A DNA stretch of 64,000 bases, from assembly GCA_031835245.2 (NCBI GenBank), contig JAVKOQ020000079.1:1-64000 (forward strand), in the 5' to 3' direction. The position numbers were made by a program, and so were the translations under genes. The DNA comes from Balamuthia mandrillaris. Taxonomy: Eukaryota. Shown piece after piece: positions 59,111-64,000 of the stretch; position 1 is the stretch's first letter, and each line of letters opens with the position of its first letter. Below the pieces are notes generated by a model. It did no database searches. It had not been told where the DNA came from and saw nothing but the letters and a program-made list of their open reading frames with translations.

Positions 59111-60748
59111 ATGCAGAGAAGAACGCCAGTGCAGGGCATTATGCTTGGCTTGTGCATCCTCGGCACCTTTTCCATCACCCTCTCCTACTTTTATGCCTCC
59201 TCTGCTGGCTACTTGCCCTCCGCAACAGACGAGGAGGAGGCCCTTTCCTCGCCGACAGAGCCGCTCTTCCGGGTACGTTGGAACGACCGGCAGCTCTCCA
59301 CCAACGGGCTCTTTCGTGTCGTCACCGCCGCGGAAGACCATCGCTCCTTCCCTCCATCGGAACAACTCACCTCTGGAGCGCTTCGTCGGACTTTTCCTCA
59401 ACACCGACCCCACAAACGAATCTTTCAGTTTCACGCCGTCATTAACAGCGGTCTCACCTTTGCCCCTCCTTCTGAAGTCTTTTCACACGTCGAACTTTGG
59501 ACGTATCGCCGTTCCTCTTCCAGCGTTGCAACGAAAGAAGGCTTCCTGGTGACAAAGACGCCAGCCAGGCGATGCATTGCGCAACAACCCATGAGCTTTC
59601 AGTTTCGCCACGCGGCTGGGACGGTGTGGATGGACTTTATCATTCGTTGCTCCTTTACCATCCCTCCCCGACTCATTCAGGCTGCCTTCTGTAATGAGCC
59701 TTCGCCATCAGGGACGTCATCATTCAGACGAAACAACCGGTGCAAACCAGCACATTTCGCCATTCATGCAACTGGCGACGTGGTGTTGTTTCCTGTGGAA
59801 GAAGTTTTGCACTTTCCAACCCTCTGGAACGTGTTGCCGGACCTGCCACCGAAGATAACCTCTGAAGAACAACATCATGCACAAACTGTTCCTCCAGCTC
59901 CTTGGCGCACTCCGCCGCTACCACCACCAACTCAGCCTGCTTCCAACGGGGAAGACTTCTTCGTGCCAATGCAAAGAGCCAGAGGAGAGCAGGGCAACAT
60001 CAGCGTGTGCGCCTTCGTGGTGAAGAAGTACAGCTGGACTCGGGATGATGAGCTGTGGCTGCAATGGATGGTGGATGTGGTGGGAGTGGATCGAGTGTTC
60101 ATCAACCTCTACGCCCTGCCCAACCCACATTTGCCCTCCGCGGAGGAAATTAGAGAGAGGTTGGCCCAGAGATACCCAGCGCTGGTGGATCGGGTGGTGT
60201 TGGTGGAGACCCAAGTGCCAGGAAAGCCTAAAACCTACGCGCATATGTTGCAAGCCATGAACTGGGATGCTTTCCTCCGGTGGCAAGGCTACTGTCAGTA
60301 TGCTTTCTCCTTGGACACAGATGAGTTTCCTCAACTTTATTCTTCAAGAGAAGATCGGCCTCGTCATCGTGTGGATGTGAAGCAGTTCATCGCTGAACAC
60401 CGGAAAGAGTTGGAAGGACCGATGAACGAGGTTCACCTGTCGCGGTTGAAGATTTTGAGGACGAGGGAAGCATGGGAGGAGGAGCCCTTGTTGGGTGCTT
60501 TCCTTGCCCGAGTCGCAAGGTGGGAAGGCAGCCTGCCGCGTCTGGAGGAGTGGCGCAAGGACAAGTGGGGCAAAAGTCTGTTTCGGGTGAGTGGATCCCT
60601 GCAGCCCTACCTCCACTTCAACCAAGACGGGCAGCGCACACCGCCGCCAGAGAGCGTGGCCAGAGAGACGGCTCACATTCTGCACATCCGCGCGAATCAC
60701 GCCGGCGTTCCGCTGGAAGAGCTCACGCGCCTTGTGACCACCGTGTGA
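59111..60748 (+). CDS. Type II membrane glycosyltransferase-like protein, paralog of 40533-42197
   Basis: TM anchor; shared HMLQAMNWDAFLRWQGYCQYAFSLDTDEFPQL block; intronless. Confidence 0.65.
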   Translation: MQRRTPVQGIMLGLCILGTFSITLSYFYASSAGYLPSATDEEEALSSPTEPLFRVRWNDRQLSTNGLFRVVTAAEDHRSFPPSEQLTSGALRRTFPQHRPHKRIFQFHAVINSGLTFAPPSEVFSHVELWTYRRSSSSVATKEGFLVTKTPARRCIAQQPMSFQFRHAAGTVWMDFIIRCSFTIPPRLIQAAFCNEPSPSGTSSFRRNNRCKPAHFAIHATGDVVLFPVEEVLHFPTLWNVLPDLPPKITSEEQHHAQTVPPAPWRTPPLPPPTQPASNGEDFFVPMQRARGEQGNISVCAFVVKKYSWTRDDELWLQWMVDVVGVDRVFINLYALPNPHLPSAEEIRERLAQRYPALVDRVVLVETQVPGKPKTYAHMLQAMNWDAFLRWQGYCQYAFSLDTDEFPQLYSSREDRPRHRVDVKQFIAEHRKELEGPMNEVHLSRLKILRTREAWEEEPLLGAFLARVARWEGSLPRLEEWRKDKWGKSLFRVSGSLQPYLHFNQDGQRTPPPESVARETAHILHIRANHAGVPLEELTRLVTTV

Positions 60749-60804
60749 CTGTCTACATTCATTGTAAAACCAAAAAAAAAGGAAGAAAAAAACACAAAAG
60801 TGTT

Positions 60805-60875
60805 GGGCGCTGCCCGGAATCGAACCGGGGCCTCTCGCACCCTAAGCGAGAATTTTACCACTTAACTACAGCGCC
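60805..60875 (-). tRNA. tRNA-Pro (anticodon AGG)
   Basis: Exact reverse complement of 58061-58131. Confidence 0.96.
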
Positions 60876-61212
60876 TTTGGTTACGGAGAGGTATTCAAAT
60901 TGGGATTGTGATAAGCAATAAAATAATCATTTTGGTGTCTACTAATGTCTGAAAGTCGATTGGGTGGCATTACAGCGAAAACCAGAGGCCAAAAGCAAGA
61001 AACGGGGCGAGCGGAAAGGAAAAAGAACGTCAATTTCATCCCTTTTGCAGTTAACGGGGTTGGGGAGACCCGTTGTAACCCCGCAGCCTTATTCCTAGTT
61101 GGTACGTATTACATACAATATAAAAAGAGACTTTGTGTTTTGTTTGTTTCAGAAAAGAAAGTAACGCGTAAAAACCTCCCCCAAACACACCCTGGACCCC
61201 AACGATCAAAAG

Positions 61213-62544
61213 ATGTCGAGAACACTCGTCCTCTTTTGTGTTTGTGTTTCCCTTCCTTTACTAGGTACGCTATGCTTCCTCCCTTGGCGGGTTCTTCTTC
61301 TCCTTTTCCTGTGGTTCTTGTGTAAACAACAACTCACCAGTTCTTTGTTGTACTCAAAAAAAAAAACTAGCCCTTGGAGCATGCCCTTACATGCGGATGC
61401 AACAAGTGGGAAAGGCTCCTGAGCTCTGCCCGGACGGCTCCTTCCCCGTTCAATGCTTCATCAACCCCTGCGATGTTGCTCCTCCGGAGGAATGCCCCGA
61501 GGCCCGCTACGCCGAGTGCAAGCCCGACTACTGCGGCGGCTGCTTCCGTCACTACTACCGGGACGGCGAGCTGATCTGCGAGGAACCCCAGGCAGCTGGC
61601 AGCACCCTCACCGCGCGCCGACCGGCCATCTGCCCGGATGGCTCTGAGCCCGTCAACTGCCTGGTGGACCCTTGCTCCAACCCTCCTCCTGAGGACTGCC
61701 CCCTGGCCCAATACGCCGAGTGCAGGGCCGACTATTGTGGAGGCTGCAACCGAAGATACTTTATCGGCAAGGCCCAGGTCTGCAACGAGAGGGGCCTTTG
61801 TCCGGATGGCTCTGAGCCCGTTAACTGCCTGGTCAACCCTTGCTCTAACCCTCCCCCCGAGGACTGTCCCTTGGCCAAATACGCTGAGTGCGTGCCGAAC
61901 TACTGCGGAGGATGCTTCAGGAACTACATCAGCCATGGCATGGAGGTCTGTGACGATCCCAACCTGGGTCTCTGTCCCGACGGCTCTGCCCCGGTGAACT
62001 GCCTGGTGGATCCTTGTTCCTTGCCGCCTCCCTCGGACTGTCCTGAGGCAGCTGAGGCCAAGTGCGTGGCAAACTACTGCGGAGGGTGCAACAGGGACTA
62101 CTTCATCGATGGCAAGCAGGTTTGCGCCTCCTCCTGCGATGGAGATGGAGATGGACATGGTGGAAGCAGCAGCTCCGATGATAACGTGTTGTGTCCGGAT
62201 GGCTCTCAACCGGTCAACTGCCTGGTGGATCCTTGCTCCTTGCCTCCTCCCGTGGAGCAGTGCCCTATCTCGCAGTACGCTGCATGCAGGTCCAACTATT
62301 GTGGAGGATGCAACAGGGAGTACTATGTGCGCGGAGAGAGAGTTTGTACAGACGTGGAAGAAGTTATGGGAGGAGACAAAAACAACCAACAACAAGAGAT
62401 GGAGGAGAGTGGGAACGTAAGTGCGCTTTTCCATTCTTTGTTTGGATGGATGTAAAGAGAGCAGAACAAGTCGTTAAGAAGTTGAAGAAGAGTTGGAAGG
62501 AAGAGGGCGATGACCTCGTTGAAACTTGCTTTGAAGAAATATGA
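61213..62544 (+). CDS. Secreted cysteine-rich protein with five 8-Cys repeats (3' end either 62455 or 62544)
   Basis: Spliced signal peptide MSRTLVLFCVCVSLPLL|ALG; five copies of CPDGSxPVxCxxxPC...CP...C..(D/N)YCGGC...C. Confidence 0.85.
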
Positions 62545-63949
62545 AAAAGGAAGAAAAGCTCCGGTGCACAAACGACGTCAATAGAAAGAACAGCAACAAT
62601 AACATTACCACGAATTGAATAAACTGATACCGTTTCTTCTCTGGCCGTATTCCTTCTTTCTCTAGCAAGGCTTCTATGCTTCGTTCTCGTTCTATCTTCT
62701 TTACCGCGAGTTGTTGCAAAGTCTCGTCTTTTCCCTCATCCTTTCCTCCCTCTCGTTCTTCTTCCGTTATAAGTGGAAGCTTCGTCGCTTCTTGCTTTCC
62801 TTTGCTTTGTTGTTCCGTTGTCAAGAGGGTCAGGAGTAGTTGCTGCGGTTCGATTGTTTGTAGCTCTCGTCGTTGTTCCTTTTCTTCTTCCTTCCATCTC
62901 TTCCAAACTTGAACAACTTCACGTTGAAGCGCCCCCAGTACCGCCCCATCATCGTCGGAAGAAGGAAGCTCTAATCTTGTATTACTTTCTTCATTTGTTT
63001 GTTTTGGTTGTTCTTTTTGCTTCATTCTCTTCTTCTTTTTGCTGCTGTTCGTCTTTTGCTTGTCGATTAGCTCTTGTCTTGAGGTCTCTTTGTTGCTCTC
63101 TTGTTTGTACAGCTCGAAGGGAGTCAACGAATGGTACCAGTTCTTGTCTTTCATTTCTTTACGTTTCTTCCGTTTAGTCTTCTGTCTGTCCTTCATTCCA
63201 GCTTCTTCCTGCTCTTCTTCGTGGTTTAATGTTGAAGGCGTGGTTCTTTCTTCGTCCTGTTCCGTTTCCGTTGCTTTCCTTGTTTCTTTTTCCTTCTCCT
63301 TATCTTCTTCTTCACTTTCAACAACGAACGGAAGTACTGTTCCTTTCTTCTTTCTGCTCTTTTCTCTTTTCTTGCTCGTTCTTCTCTTTGGTTGTACCAG
63401 AGAAGAAAGGGGAAGCGGCGTTGAAAACGGAGAAGCATCTGGTGCAGAAGAGCGAGAAGAGGCAGACGACCAAAACGGAGAAGCGGATGAAGAAGAAGGA
63501 GTAAAAGCAGAAGGATAGGAAGGAGAGCGATAAGCAGGTATGGCCGAAGCGGAAGCATAGAATGAAGGTATTACCGGTAATCCCTCTCCGACCTCCTCGT
63601 CCTCTCCTCTGCTGCTTTCTAGCTCCTTTTTCTTCTCCTCATCTTCTCTCTTCTTCATCAAATGTTGGTGTTGATGTTGGAATAGTGCTTGAACTCGCGG
63701 ATGTAAGCGCTGATACTTTCGTTGAGGTGTTGTTGAGAGTACGTAATGCTCCATTCTTGCGATCTTCCTGAAAACATCAAATGGAGATGCAGCAGTAGCT
63801 GACGAAGAAGCAGAGAGAGAGGAAGAAGAAGAAGAAGAAGGAGCAGGAGTGCGAGAATAGGAAGACGTGGAACGAACGAGACGTCGTCGACGCGCACTTC
63901 CGCTACCATCATCCTTTGATTCTGTGTTGCTGGCGGTTGCAGAAGACAT
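62474..63949 (-). CDS. Hypothetical low-complexity Ser/Glu/Lys-rich protein
   Basis: 491-aa ORF from ATG with AAAAAAC context; probable in-frame intron near 62531-62630. Confidence 0.6.
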   Translation of the reverse strand: MSSATASNTESKDDGSGSARRRRLVRSTSSYSRTPAPSSSSSSSLSASSSATAASPFDVFRKIARMEHYVLSTTPQRKYQRLHPRVQALFQHQHQHLMKKREDEEKKKELESSRGEDEEVGEGLPVIPSFYASASAIPAYRSPSYPSAFTPSSSSASPFWSSASSRSSAPDASPFSTPLPLSSLVQPKRRTSKKREKSRKKKGTVLPFVVESEEEDKEKEKETRKATETEQDEERTTPSTLNHEEEQEEAGMKDRQKTKRKKRKEMKDKNWYHSLTPFELYKQESNKETSRQELIDKQKTNSSKKKKRMKQKEQPKQTNEESNTRLELPSSDDDGAVLGALQREVVQVWKRWKEEEKEQRRELQTIEPQQLLLTLLTTEQQSKGKQEATKLPLITEEEREGGKDEGKDETLQQLAVKKIERERSIEALLEKEGIRPEKKRYQFIQFVVMLLLLFFLLTSFVHRSFSSFFIFLQSKFQRGHRPLPSNSSSTS

Positions 63950-64000
63950 CTTTGTTTTTTTGGGTTGCGGAGTGAGAAAATGTTCGAGCCGTTTCTGTGT

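Noticed and set aside
61052..61084. Small hairpin CGGGGTT...AACCCCG upstream of the Cys-rich gene
   Set aside because: A 7-bp stem is too short to distinguish from chance
61367..62434. 355-aa minus-strand ORF
   Set aside because: Antisense shadow of the GC3-rich Cys-repeat gene

Overview
Gene-dense, intron-rich eukaryotic nuclear DNA, probably from an amoebozoan protist (inferred from ComC-supersandwich-type surface proteins, giant-virus-type F-box/ankyrin genes and microsatellite-filled short introns). About 28 protein-coding loci are supported, including a SNF2 C-terminus, nitronate monooxygenase, F-box/SPRY, BUD31, TRIP4/ASC-1, PH-patatin, Trk transporter, nicotinamidase, LAS1, WS/DGAT, exportin-7, three paralogous surface proteins and two paralogous glycosyltransferase-like genes. 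There are five tRNA genes (Ser-AGA, Gln-CTG, two Pro-AGG, Pro-CGG). Top finding: a 295-bp non-coding element between two tRNA-Pro genes, made of two interleaved ~50-bp inverted repeats (A-B-A'-B'). Second: a palindromic TGTCGACA motif whose 14 perfect copies that I found all lie just upstream of genes. Multi-exon gene limits were read by eye and are approximate. Family calls rest on motif recognition, not database searches.
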